Assembly: GCA_964016885.1 (NCBI GenBank)
Contig: OZ024747.1
Coordinates: forward strand, 78,058,001 to 78,122,000
Direction of reading: 5' to 3'
Length of the DNA stretch: 64,000 nucleotides
Origin: Eledone cirrhosa
Taxonomy: Eukaryota
Shown: piece after piece, positions 40,027-52,100 of the stretch
Layout: each line of letters opens with the position of its first letter
Numbering within the stretch: position 1 is the stretch's first letter
Made by a program: the position numbers and the translations under genes
Notes under the pieces: generated by a model
The model's input: the letters and a program-made list of their open reading frames with translations, nothing else
Databases searched by the model: none
Told to the model about the DNA's origin: nothing

Positions 40027-41145
40027 TACATACAGTTGTTACCGTTCGTTTCTCATCAGCAAATAATTTATGACATGTTATTGCAATTTGTTTACTCCTT
40101 TATATTTCATTAAACCACACCCCGCTGTCCTGTTACTCTTGTGAATCGGTGTGCGTTGCTACTTTTACTGTAATTCAATATGTGTGAGAATTCTCTGTAA
40201 TATTCTGAGGACTTGCATTGTATCTCCCTGCAAATGAGATGCTGCAAACCAACTCAACAACTCAACTTGTTTGAGTTCTATATTTGGTTTGTATCTAATA
40301 TTAATTGCATGGATAAAATATATATAGTTAACACTATATGCATATATATATATATATATATATGCATATAGTGTTAACTAAATTCGCTTTGCTGTGCTCT
40401 TTAAATTTCTGGCTAGACATATATATAATGTCACGTACGTATTAATTAATTCTATGAACCACGTAATAGATTTCTGCACCTATACCACATAACACTATTA
40501 ATAGCAAGAATTATAATTATAGTGGTGATAATAATAATACTATTACTGGTTTATTAATAGTTATATATATATATATATATATATATGACAGTCGATGGCA
40601 TGATTTATGCCATCAACACACATATATATATATATGCTAGTAGTAAGGCGGTTGTTTTGGTTTCTATTTAAATCTCCAAGAAAGGCTATTCTCTCCCTTT
40701 AAACTGTTTGTTCAATGAAACTTCCCTTGTCATTGTTACCATGCCCGGTTGTTCTCTCTCTCTTTCTATTTCATAAAGGATCGAATATTTGGTGGGCACC
40801 TCTCCACCCCCTAATCCTGTTACCACACGTGTGTGTGTGTCCACAACTGTATTTCATGATATATTTATTCTATTAAGACTTTATCTGGTCTAGTCGTCCT
40901 CCTCACCTAAAAAAAAAACCCTTAGTCTTATTCACTTACCATCGAAATGGACTGACAGCTCAATGAAGTCTTTATTTTGTTTGTTTTTTATATTTTTGTT
41001 CTTTGGTTTTGTCAGTTTAATATATATGTATTATATATAAATGTAGCGCAGGCTGGGGTGGGGGGTGTAACAAAATAAAAATTATTGTATAATAATGTTT
41101 TAATGTATATTTTAATATAACATAAAATTTAACTATATATAAATG

Positions 41146-41204
<59 letters not shown>

Positions 41205-43033
41205 CAGTAGTATCATATCTAAAAATGATAAAGTAGAATCGTGTTTCCCATATTTGATGACTTTCTTCAACAAAATTTAATAGATACTGCTTTCTACATT
41301 TTGACTAACATACAAAAGTAACAAATCGTCTATGTATGTATCTATATATATATATAACTGGTCGTCTCTCCCAGCTTGTCAATATATATATAGAGTTTTC
41401 ACTCTTGTTATCCGTCATTTAAAATAACGACAGACGCTCTATTTTAAATCATTAACTCCACATATGTGTTCCCTCAAAACATACAAGAAATATGTAGTAT
41501 TTAGTTTAATTTTTTTTTACATATGCAACCAATATTTCTCAAAGCAGTGTGTGTGTACACACTGCTTTGACAAATGTACATATACATTACACGGGTTATA
41601 TTTTATTCGGTTTTTAATTTAACCCGTTCCTTCAACCGTAAAAATCAATCGTTTACGTTGGTGATGACTAATACCAGATTGTATGTTTGTCTACCTATCT
41701 ATAAACTATCTAGTGAGATAAACACCTATCTTATGATATAATTTTACATTTTTTAACCTATGGTTGAAGTGTGTGTGTGTATATATATATATATATGTGT
41801 GTATGTAGAAAATATCCGTAGGTGTGAAAAAAGAAAACGGTGCTCAATCGGGAAGAGAGCTGATATATTATATTTATGTTCATAGAAAGAACGAAAGCGC
41901 TACGTAACGTTTCAAGGTCTACTATTGACCATATCCCCATATTGTAAGAGGGATCAAAATTGTGACCTAATCTTCAGCGCTTAAATATTTGAATATTTGC
42001 GTCTCGTATATCATTAGATCCCTACTATATAGTTTCAAGCTTGTGTTCGAATGAACTCGTACGCCAACCACATTTAAAACCCTAAATATACACAGTTTTT
42101 ATAGACTCTCCTCGTCCCCTCCAACACATTTGTGTGTGTGTGTCTGGGTCAAATCTGACGAGTGTGAGCGAAGACACGAGATGAATAAATGACAATGTAA
42201 TGGTTATTTTTCTTGGTCTTATTATTGAGGCATGGGAACTTTTATTTATTTAATTTATTATATTAGATGTAACACAGAACGAAATATGTGTTCTTTTTGT
42301 CTGTATCATGAAAATGCGCAGATGTGAAGTGAAATAATGCCTCTTCCATTGATATATCGAAACTAGGCCGGGATGTATTGTACAGTTCACTTAACTGGGA
42401 AGCCTACCTTTCTAGTTAATACCACTTGTCAGTTGTGCTGAAGGAAAAGTATGGGAGTGATGGCATTTCCTAAAAACTAAACTAAATAGGTCTCCGTCAC
42501 TTTCGACGAAGAGTAATTTGCTGTTCAATCAAATTAACTACTTGCGCTTTGAATTAGCATCTATCATCACCATCATCATCATCATCTTTTAACGTCCATT
42601 TTTTTTTCACGCTAGCATGGGTTAGACGAGTTGACCCGTTGTGAGACAAGCTAGGTCAGATGACTCTTGCTTATACAAAACTGACTTCGTTTCTACAGCT
42701 GGATGCCATTCTTAACTCCCACATTTACAGCATGGACTGGGCGCTTTTTGTTGTGACAACTACACATGACTGAGTATTCCATACAGGCATGTATTCTTAA
42801 CGTAATCCTCAGGTACAATCAACGTTCTTCTACCCAGTTTCACTCACGATTTATATTCACCTGAACCTACAGTAAATGGTAATTAGGTTCAAGATGTCAC
42901 GGTGTGGGATTAAACTGAGACCTTATGATTGGGAAGCAAACCTCTTAACCCTTTCGCCTTACTCTATCCTAAAAGAAAAATATTTATAAAACATCTATTG
43001 TGGTGGTTCAGGAAGTTTCAGTATGGCTACTTG

Positions 43034-43087
<54 letters not shown>

Positions 43088-43130
43088 CACACGCTCCCTC
43101 TCAGAGTTCCTGTTCTCCCCCTATGCAAAC

Positions 43131-43166
43131 TTTCCTGATGAAGGACTTAAGTCTGAAACGTTGATA
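43131..43166 (+). ncRNA. Degenerate minimal hammerhead-like motif in a short (TA)n-flanked insert
   Basis: CTGATGA-A-GGAC-ttaa-GTCT-GAAA-CG-TT with palindromic AACGTT. Stem I is weak and the cleavage triplet is non-canonical. Confidence 0.4.
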
Positions 43167-43265
43167 CCTCTTCCACTTCCACCAAGCGTGAACTAATTGC
43201 CTCCTGTGTTTTTTTCATTCATTTCAACTATATATATATATACACACACACATACAGACATACAT

Positions 43266-43710
43266 ACATCATCATTACGTCCATTTTTCCACACATGCAT
43301 GGGCTGGACGAATCCTTTTCAGCACATCATCACTCCACTTGCCACATTTCTTCGCCATCTCCTTTGTGAGTCTCGGTGATTTTGAGATCAGCTCTCACCA
43401 CCCCAGCCCAGGTGTTTCTCAGTCTACTTCTACTGCAGCTTCCTTCCATTGGCACTTCACCCAGCAATCATAATCCATGCACATCCCATGTTCAAACTAA
43501 TGCAATCTTCTCTCCTGCCCACCACCTCAGATCCTCAGATTCCTCTTAAACCCAACTTGTCACTCAGTTCATCCAAGCTCTGTCTTTCTCTCACATTTAC
43601 ATTACACATCCAACAAAGCATAGTTGCTTCATTTCTCTCCAGCCTATATACATGTATTTCACTACCATGCAGCATATCAGCAAAATTTCCTTTGAATCCC
43701 ACCCTAATGT
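43266..43710 (-). mobile_element. Highly degenerate RTE 3' fragment
   Basis: CATCATCATT-ACGTCCATTTTTCCA..GCATGGG tail plus RTE C-terminus-like sequence. Similar remnants at ~52120-52240, 61780-62040 and 62430-62800. Confidence 0.6.
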
Positions 43711-46245
43711 TTTAAGACATAAAGGATTGGTGAAAGAGAGGACGGGATGGTCACTGTTGGAATGATTTTGATCTTAAGTTTGTTCAGTCAGGACTGACAA
43801 CCACCACCATGTATTAATTCTAGAAGAAAAACTGAACTTGCATCTAACGAACAACTTTTTTTTAGATATCTATATCATTTTCTATTTATTTTAAAAATAA
43901 ACTGTTCTTGTTTCATTGATGTTTTAGAGGCCTTGCAACAACTCTGAGTTTCTGACCTGCATTTCTCAACTCAAATATATAATTATAAATACCTTTGCAC
44001 CAATCTCGTCTACATAGACTCTTCAAATTTAACTATTTTAAAATAATCAAGAATTTGGACTGATTCAGTATTAAAATTTACTTTCTAATTATTAAGCCGA
44101 CATGTGGGGAACATAAAGTTTCTTACATAAAATTATGGTGTAACCTTTTTTTAGATAAGCATACTAAAACAGTCAGTTTGTAATGTAGAACCAAAGCCAG
44201 TTTCAGGGGATTTGGTTACCAAGTGGTTGGTGTTAGGAAGGGTATCAAGCTATAGAAAGCTTGCCAAAGAAAGGGTTGGGAGGACCGTTCAGTGTGTCAA
44301 AAGACAACTTCTCTGCACTCAAATGACTATATAAGTAGGGTATAGATCCCTTGACTTGTCTGGGAGGTCAGTAGCCCCACTTCTGTACTGACTTGGTCTA
44401 TGTAGACCCATCCAAGCCTTGCTAGCAGAGAAAGCTGACGTTAAATGATGACTTCCTAAGGTGCATTACCTTTTTCCTAGTAAAACTATTATACGGTCCC
44501 GCAGCTCCTGATGGAGTCTTAAGGGTGCAGTATTGACATACAGCATTTCTTGGGCATTTTAAACCTGGCCCATCTCTCCAGGTCTGAATACAGCAGGTTT
44601 CTTTCAGAAAAAGATAAATAGTGAGAGTATGAAAGTGGGAACGAGATATAGAGGAAGAATCGACCCAGTATTAGACTATAGTTTTTTTTTTTTTATCGGC
44701 CTTGACTGAATGAAAGGCAAAGTTGGCCCCAGTGGATTAGAATTCAGAGAGCTGGAATGAATACCATAAAGCACTTTATCTGATGTTCTGACAACTCTGC
44801 CAATTTGCTGCCTATTGAAACTATAATGGTGAATAAATAACAGAACACAGTTTGTATTATTAACTATCTAAAAATATTTTAATTAGAAAATAGTTGTAAA
44901 TACGGGGTTTTACATTTTTTTTTTATTATTCAAATGTATTGAATAATTGTTGCATAAGTGCAAAAAATCTTGACTTAGGTCCTGATAATCAAGTCTGAGT
45001 CTGTGATTAGAACATTCAACTGTATTGGATATAGTCACTGACTTGGTACTATAATCTCACAAACATTAGGACTAGACCTGCATGTTGTTTGGAATTGTCT
45101 CAGAGGTTTTCCCTGTGGCCGCGAGGCAATCCATAATGATGCAAATGACACCTTGGTCTGGCTCACTGGTCTTAACCTGCCTCTCTAACTATTGTACATT
45201 TGTCATACAATAACATAGGGTCCATGCTATTGCCTTATAGAGATTAACTTAACAAAAACATTAAGTAATGAGAGCATCGTTATTTTTATGTCCATTCTAC
45301 CATGTTTACATGAGTTGGAGTTGGACGAAGACAGCAACTTATCTGACACTGGACTCCCTTCCAGCTACTGTTGCTGGTATTAATTTTCAACTAAATGAAC
45401 AGGAGCTATGGGACATGAAGTGCCTTGCACCACCCACTCTAGAAGTTATTGTGAGCCCAATACTCTAACCTTTAAGCCATGTACCTTCACTTAAATAATC
45501 ACTTACAGGAAAAGTTGAATTGCCTGTTTATATATATTTAAAAACTTTCTATCATAATTGTATATAAACATCTTTATATCCCAAACACGAGCTTAATAAC
45601 AAAGAAGACTATCATTGTTTTATTCATTTACTGGTTTCACTCATCAGATGATGTCCATGTTAATCACCTGTATATATTTTTTCAAGTTTATCAATCTCTA
45701 TTTTGTCGAACCAAGGGACATACATACACAAATGTAAATGTACATAAACATATACGTATAAACATTCGTTCTTTATATTAGTGTGTGCATATGTATGTAT
45801 ATATGTGTGTGTGTATATGTAGTATCATCATTGTTTAATGTCCATTTTCAACACTAGCATGTGTTAGATGAGTTGTCCCGTTGTGAGACAAGTCACATCA
45901 GGTGACCATGTCTTACTCCTACAGAACTATTTTTGGCTTGGTTTCTATGACTGGATGCCCTTCCTAACAGCAACCACATTTTAGTGTGGACTGAATGCTA
46001 TTTATTGTGACACCAAAATGACCACCTTACAGGGTTGAACTGGGTACTTTCATGTCACCAACGCAACCACTTTACAGGGTGGACTGGGTATTTTTTGTGT
46101 CACCAACACAACCACCTTACATGTATGTATTTATATATGTATTCATATGTGTAATATATATATAACGAAGGAATTGTGGTAAGGAACCAGATGGACCATA
46201 ACGCACCAGAGTACTCAATACTTAGAGTAGTAGAGTGGGTAATAT

Positions 46246-46354
46246 GAAAAGGTATGACCCCGACGGCAGAGCTCAAGCCGTTACGACGGCTATTTCTGTA
46301 CTAGAAATAGCTGTCGAAACGGCTTGAGCTCTGCCGTCGGGGTCATACCTTTTC
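46246..46354. repeat. 109-bp hairpin (52-bp arms, 5-nt loop)
   Basis: GAAAAGGTATGACCCCGACGGCAGAGCTCAAGCCGTTACGACGGCTATTTCT-gtact-reverse complement, with two differences between arms. Confidence 0.93.
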
Positions 46355-46362
46355 CTATATAT

Positions 46363-46692
46363 ATCATCATTTCATTTTACGTCCGTTTTTTCCCTGCTTG
46401 CAAGGGTGGGGCGGGAACTGACTCTGGCTTGATTTCTATAGCTGGATGCCCTTCCGAACACCAACCTCATTTACAGTGAGTGCTGGGTGCTTTTTTGCCG
46501 TGGCACCTCCACGACCACTTTGCAGTGGAATGATATGGACCCCAGTCCCTATCATCTCATTTCTACAGCTGAGTAAACTGGAGCAATGTGAAATAAAGTG
46601 TCTTGCTCAAGGAAACAACACATCACCCAGTCTGAGAATTGAACTCACAACCTTTCGATTGCAAGGCCAATGCTCTAACCACTAAGCCATGT
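46363..46692 (-). mobile_element. Full-length CORE-type SINE
   Basis: Near-identical reverse complement of 7943-8275; the 79-aa pseudo-ORFs at 7947 and 46446 differ at 4 residues. Confidence 0.87.
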
Positions 46693-47162
46693 GCCTCCAT
46701 GTTATGTGATAACATGGTTACAAAGTGAACTTTGTAAATCACACAAATATCCTTTTGCTCCAGCTTCCTAACTTGTTTTTCCTCTTGAGCTCTGGAACAA
46801 GCCTGATTGCTCAAATCTATCGAAACTGCTCCATCCTGACTATTTTTTTTTTTTTTTCATTCTTAATTTATCACATTATCCAATGTGTCCCTATTTTTTG
46901 TAAAGAATTGGCTGTAATTTAACCCTTTAGTATTTACATTACTCTATATATACTTCGTTTCTGAATTTGTTTAGCAAGATTCTTTATCTGAAATCGTGTG
47001 TTGAAACCGATATTGTTATACTTTGGGAGGGTCATGTTGCCAATAAGAAACACACGCACCAGTTGCTTTCACTTCAATTTAATTTAATATATATTTATAA
47101 ATTTATAAATTTCTGGTTGGTTGGTTGGTTCCACAACCAGATAGTTGTTTATATATATATAT

Positions 47163-47207
47163 AGTCATAGTTCTTTCGTCACACACTCTGTGACCTCTTC
47201 AGTGACT
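47163..47207 (-). ncRNA. Minimal type I hammerhead ribozyme at the 3' end of a Penelope-like element
   Basis: Minus strand: AGTCA-CTGAAGA-G-GTCACA-gagtg-TGTGAC-GAAA-G-aa-C-TA-TGACT. 5-bp stem I, 6-bp stem II, 1-bp stem III, CUA site. Confidence 0.75.
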
Positions 47208-47427
47208 GGGGATTTCTTTCTTCGTTTCTGTGCCTTTCCTTTCTTCTATCCTACGCCATTTTGTTTGTGTGTGGGTTGCGTGCTCAGTTTGCGCATGCGC
47301 CACATCCGGGTGTCTGTGTGTGTTTGTGTTCATTTTTCTATTTTTCTATTTATATTTGTTTGTTTATTTATTTATTTATTGTTGGTTGGTTGTTTGTTCT
47401 ATGTGTGTGTGTGTTTTCATTTTGTCC

Positions 47428-47961
47428 TTAATTGTAAGTTGTGATGTTGCTGTTCCACTCATATTTTCTATTTAATTTTGGTTTTAATTCTTTTATGCTT
47501 ACTGCCTCTGTAATTTGCCTAAACATTGCGTCTTTCTTGTGTGTGGATTCTATTTTTATTTCTATGCTCTCTAATTTACCCCTGTGTTCTATCTTAGCAT
47601 GTTGGTAGAGCACAGATGATTCTTTACTATCTTGGAGGTCTCGCCAGTGTTCATTTATTCGTTCCCCTATACTACGAGCTGTCTCACCTATGTACACTAT
47701 ATTTTTGTTTCTACATTGTCCTTCAGTACATCTTATGCTATATACTACATTTCTAGTTTTACAGTTAATATGGGGGCTTATTTTACAGGTTATACATTTC
47801 TTATCTATACATGAGGGTCTTTGGAACGGGTATGTCTTGCTAATAAGTGTTTTTACGGAGGTACCAGGTCTTTCTACTATCTTAATATTGAGATTATGTT
47901 TCTTTAGGGCCCTTCTAAATTTGTAGGCTAGTTCGCCTCTAGGGGTTGTATTGATGAACAT
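47428..47961 (-). CDS. Penelope-type GIY-YIG endonuclease with Cys-rich linker (fragment)
   Basis: CIDKKCITC...CKTRNVVYSIRC...YIGETARSIGERINEH...LYQH...RQITEAVSI...PKLN: GIY-YIG motifs, catalytic R/E/N and the CCHH residues typical of PLE endonucleases. Confidence 0.88.
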   Translation of the reverse strand: MFINTTPRGELAYKFRRALKKHNLNIKIVERPGTSVKTLISKTYPFQRPSCIDKKCITCKISPHINCKTRNVVYSIRCTEGQCRNKNIVYIGETARSIGERINEHWRDLQDSKESSVLYQHAKIEHRGKLESIEIKIESTHKKDAMFRQITEAVSIKELKPKLNRKYEWNSNITTYN

Positions 47962-49084
47962 TACACTCTGGTATTTATTGCTATCATACCATGAGTTTAT
48001 TCTATTGGCCTTGTTCTATATATACTATACTATTATATTTTATGTTAAAGGTTTTATCTTACATAATATTGAATCTGAGATTTTGATGTTATTTATTTTG
48101 AGACCAATACCTTAACATCAACATGAGCAGCCGATTACAACCAGTTTGAACAAAAAGAGGTGAGAGAATTCTGGCTGGATACATCCGGTTTAAATGCTAA
48201 AGGGTTAAAGGTGGGAAATGTTTCACATGAGTATAGAATACCTTTTATTTGAAAAAGACTGTGAAAACATCCTATTAACCCTTGCATTTGCATATTTCAT
48301 AACCTCTCCTGTATTGGTGATCTAGACAGTAAAAGCACCCAGTGCACTCTATAGTGGTTGGTGATGGGAAGGACAATCAGTGGTAGAAAACCTGCCAAAC
48401 AATGGGGCAAGAGGGCTCTAGGGAAAATGGATATTAAATGATGATGATGGTTACAATGGGCCAAGAAAATGGATGTTAAATGATGGGCCACATTCAGTTT
48501 TCATCTACTGATTCCACACACAAGGCCAGCCATTAATTATTGCTATCAACACTAAATAAGAGAAAATACTTGTTTTTATTAGCAGCATGACCCTAACAAA
48601 TGCAAAATATTATATATATATGTGTGTGTGTGTGTGCATAGCATATATCAAAGCTGAATTCAACTATTTCCTCATAAGTCCTCCTTGGTGCATTACAATA
48701 GGTCACATCCAGCACGTGCCAATGTTGAAAAATGGATGGGAAAACAACAATGATGATAATGTGTGTGTTTGTCTGTCGCTTTGCAAGTGGTGTAGCTTGT
48801 TTGCCCCACATACCCACAGAAATCCTGTAACTTGTGGCGTACCTTATGTAGAAATTACTCGGGTGAAGATTAGTATCGGGAAGGACACCTGGTCATAGAA
48901 TTTTGCCTCAGTAAAATCTCCTCCAACCTGTACCAGCATAGAAAAGCAGATGTAATGGCAGTGAACTGGCTGAAACTATGAATTAACATAATTAATTTCT
49001 CTTTTAACATTTTTAGTTGAATGTTGAATGTCACCCTTCCTGTGTCTTTAGTGTACCTAGGCATGGAACGGGTTCAACTCCGAT

Positions 49085-49118
<34 letters not shown>

Positions 49119-52100
49119 CTTTTCACACAGTGTAAGAAATCCTTTTTTTAAACCTTGGTCACTCCTGATTAAGCAGATCTATTTTGAAATGAGTCCCGCC
49201 CATGACCATCCTGTTTTTTTTTTTTCAGGTGTCGTATATCTAGAATGACATTATCTAATCTCTTTTTAAAACAGTATTTAGGTTTGGGTGCTATTTTTAG
49301 CATATTGAGTCTTCATTGGCCTGTATCCTCTTTTTTTTTTTTTTACAATAGTAGGGCTAAATTGGGTACCATTTCTAACAGGCCAAGGATGAGGGTGGTT
49401 CACTCATTGGGATGGTGAGTAAGTAGAATCAGTAAACTATCATCATCATTATTTTAATGTCCGCTTTCTCTGCTAGCAAAGGTTGGACGGGTCTACATAG
49501 ACCAAGTCAGTACTGAAGCGAGACTACTGATCTTCTAGACAGGCCAGGGATCTGCATCTTGCTTATGTATGGTCTCATGTTCTACCAAGTGCACAGGAGA
49601 GGTTGTCATGTCTTTGTCAAAACTGAAGGTGCTCTCAACCTTTTGTTTGGCAGGCTTTCTACAGTGGATGCCCTTCCTATCGCTAATCACTTTACAGCAT
49701 GTACTGGGTGCATTTATCGTGTAGATCACCAACATTACGGAAGTGGTCATGTCCTTGGCATGACTGAGGGGTCATCCTAACTTTGTTTGGTAAGCTTTCT
49801 ATAGCTGGATGCCCTTCCTATCACCAACCACTTTACTGCATGTACTGGGTGCGTTTATTATGTAGGTCACCATAGACTTTGAAAACCCAAATGTTTTATG
49901 TGTTTCATACACAACTATCAGTGGAGAAATGGGTCATAGATATCTATGTGGACCCTATCCCACTGCACACCTTCTGCAAGCCTCTGGATAAGCAATGCTT
50001 TGTAAGGGAATCTGATATATGGAAACTTAGGAAACCCATTGTGTGGGTGCCATTTTTAATGTTTTTCCATGCCTGCCGAGGTTAGTCGAGTCATTTCCAA
50101 TACAATATCTCTCCTTTGTAATCTTTCATCATTTCTGTCCATGTCTTCAACCTATCTCTACCATATTTTCCTTTCATTTGGAACTCCTGGCACTTTTTTC
50201 ACCCAACAGTCATCATCTATAGCTATTACATTCTTACCCCAATGTAATCTCTCTTATACATATGATTCCTCTTATACTCAGGCATGCTCTATTCATTTCT
50301 TTCTAGCCTGTGTAATCATTGGTTTCATTCCAGGCAGGCAATCTTTGGACTCATGAAGCAGTGAAGATAATATATAAAATTTCCACAATGAACAGCTTGC
50401 GTGTGCTCATTTGTATACTGTGTAATTTTTAATTTCACTCTTCTAGATACTACAAGGTTCGACTTAGCTCTTTCTGGTTGATAAGATAACTAATATGTTG
50501 AAATTGACTATAGCACATACCTTCTTCCTAAAACATTATTTTCTGGAACATGTTTTGAAAAGTTTGCTCATTGATACTAAATGAAAACTTAACCTATAAT
50601 ATTTTAACTCTTAATGTCCTGTACCATATGAAACCTTGAAAAGCATAAAAGAACAGTATGACTGCATCACATTAAAAAATTGAAGTCACAAGAATCTGTC
50701 CACTATTAAAGATACTGTGAACAGTTGAATTAACAGACCAGCTTTTAAATATTTTTTTTTATTAAATCATTCCAAGATGTTAAATGATTTTCATATGTAT
50801 ATTTTCATTGGTTGTCAATGTCTTATACAAGTTGAATAATTTCAGGGTAACAATTTCTACTTAATTTTTAAACAATGTATTTTAAAATCCATAGCTTAAA
50901 ATCTAATTTGTTTTTAAAAAAATTAATTTCCTTTGTCTGTTAAAGGGTTAAACATGTTATGAAATGGTTGAAATTTTACTTGCAAACATTAGAAGGGATG
51001 GGATATTGTGTGATAATGAGTCTCAACTTATTTGGTTGTCGAGTCAGCTTAAAGATAAATTCCTCTGAGTTATGTTCACATCAGGAGTTCAAGAAAACCC
51101 CAGAAACTCTCCATTATTGAGTTGAACTTACTCTTGTAAATTTTGTCTGATTTTCTGAGATGAGGAATTTCCATTATTATCTGATTTATTCACCTTTGGT
51201 TGTTATAATCTTAACATTTTGGCAGTAATATGCTCAGAATTTCAGTCCAAACACCTTATTTTTTGGTATATCTTTATAGTTCAATTGAGTGGGGACATTG
51301 AGATCTGAGTTGAGTGTTCATGGGGTGGCTCTCTAGACACTTTTGCTGTCGCCATTGGTCTCTGTTCTGTGTAGAAGGGTTTTGGTGTTCTGACCACTCC
51401 AGGTTTTGATGTTGATGGACTAGGGTTGTCTTTGCCTACTCTCCACTCTTGACTGCCCTGAAGATTTTGAACAAGGAGTTATGGCAGGATATGAGGTGCA
51501 CCAGCATGCTACCAGCTCACCCTGCATCTGATCAAAATATTAATATATAGTCAGTATTAATACTATATTGATTAAGGTCCTTAATACATACTGCTGGCTT
51601 ACACTCAAACAGCTAGCTTGATCATTTGCCAACATTGCATAACATTACAATAGTTGTTGTCTCCCTTTGCTTAGCTCTTTTTTCTCTCTCCCCTTCCTTC
51701 ATCTTGCAGTGTCTTCAGTAGGAAATCAGTTGATGACTGCATACTTTGGCTAATGGTCATATTTTCTAAATTATTAATTGTTTCCCATTTCTAGTTGCTC
51801 AGTTACATTTTGTTGTGCTGTTACGTATACATTATTTACATTCATTAAAGGAAAATAGAAAACTTGGCAGTGAACCATGATATAGTTTGAGTTAGCCTTT
51901 CAAATTAAATCCTTTGATTAAATTTTTATTTTTATTTTCTTGTCAGATTCTAAGACAGAGTATTAAAATATTTAATTTTGCTATACCATGAACTTCTCAA
52001 TGCCTTTTTCATATTCTAACATTAAAACCAAAGAATTGTTCATGGTATTATGAGGTTCTGAAAAGGAATTTGTGAGTGCTAATGATAATTTCTTATATAA

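Larger units (their letters stand above)
47163..48015 (-). mobile_element. 5'-truncated Penelope-like retroelement (GIY-YIG part plus 3' pseudo-LTR)
   Basis: GIY-YIG ORF followed by a ~265-nt 3' region ending in a hammerhead motif. The frame stays open up to 48015. Confidence 0.88.
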
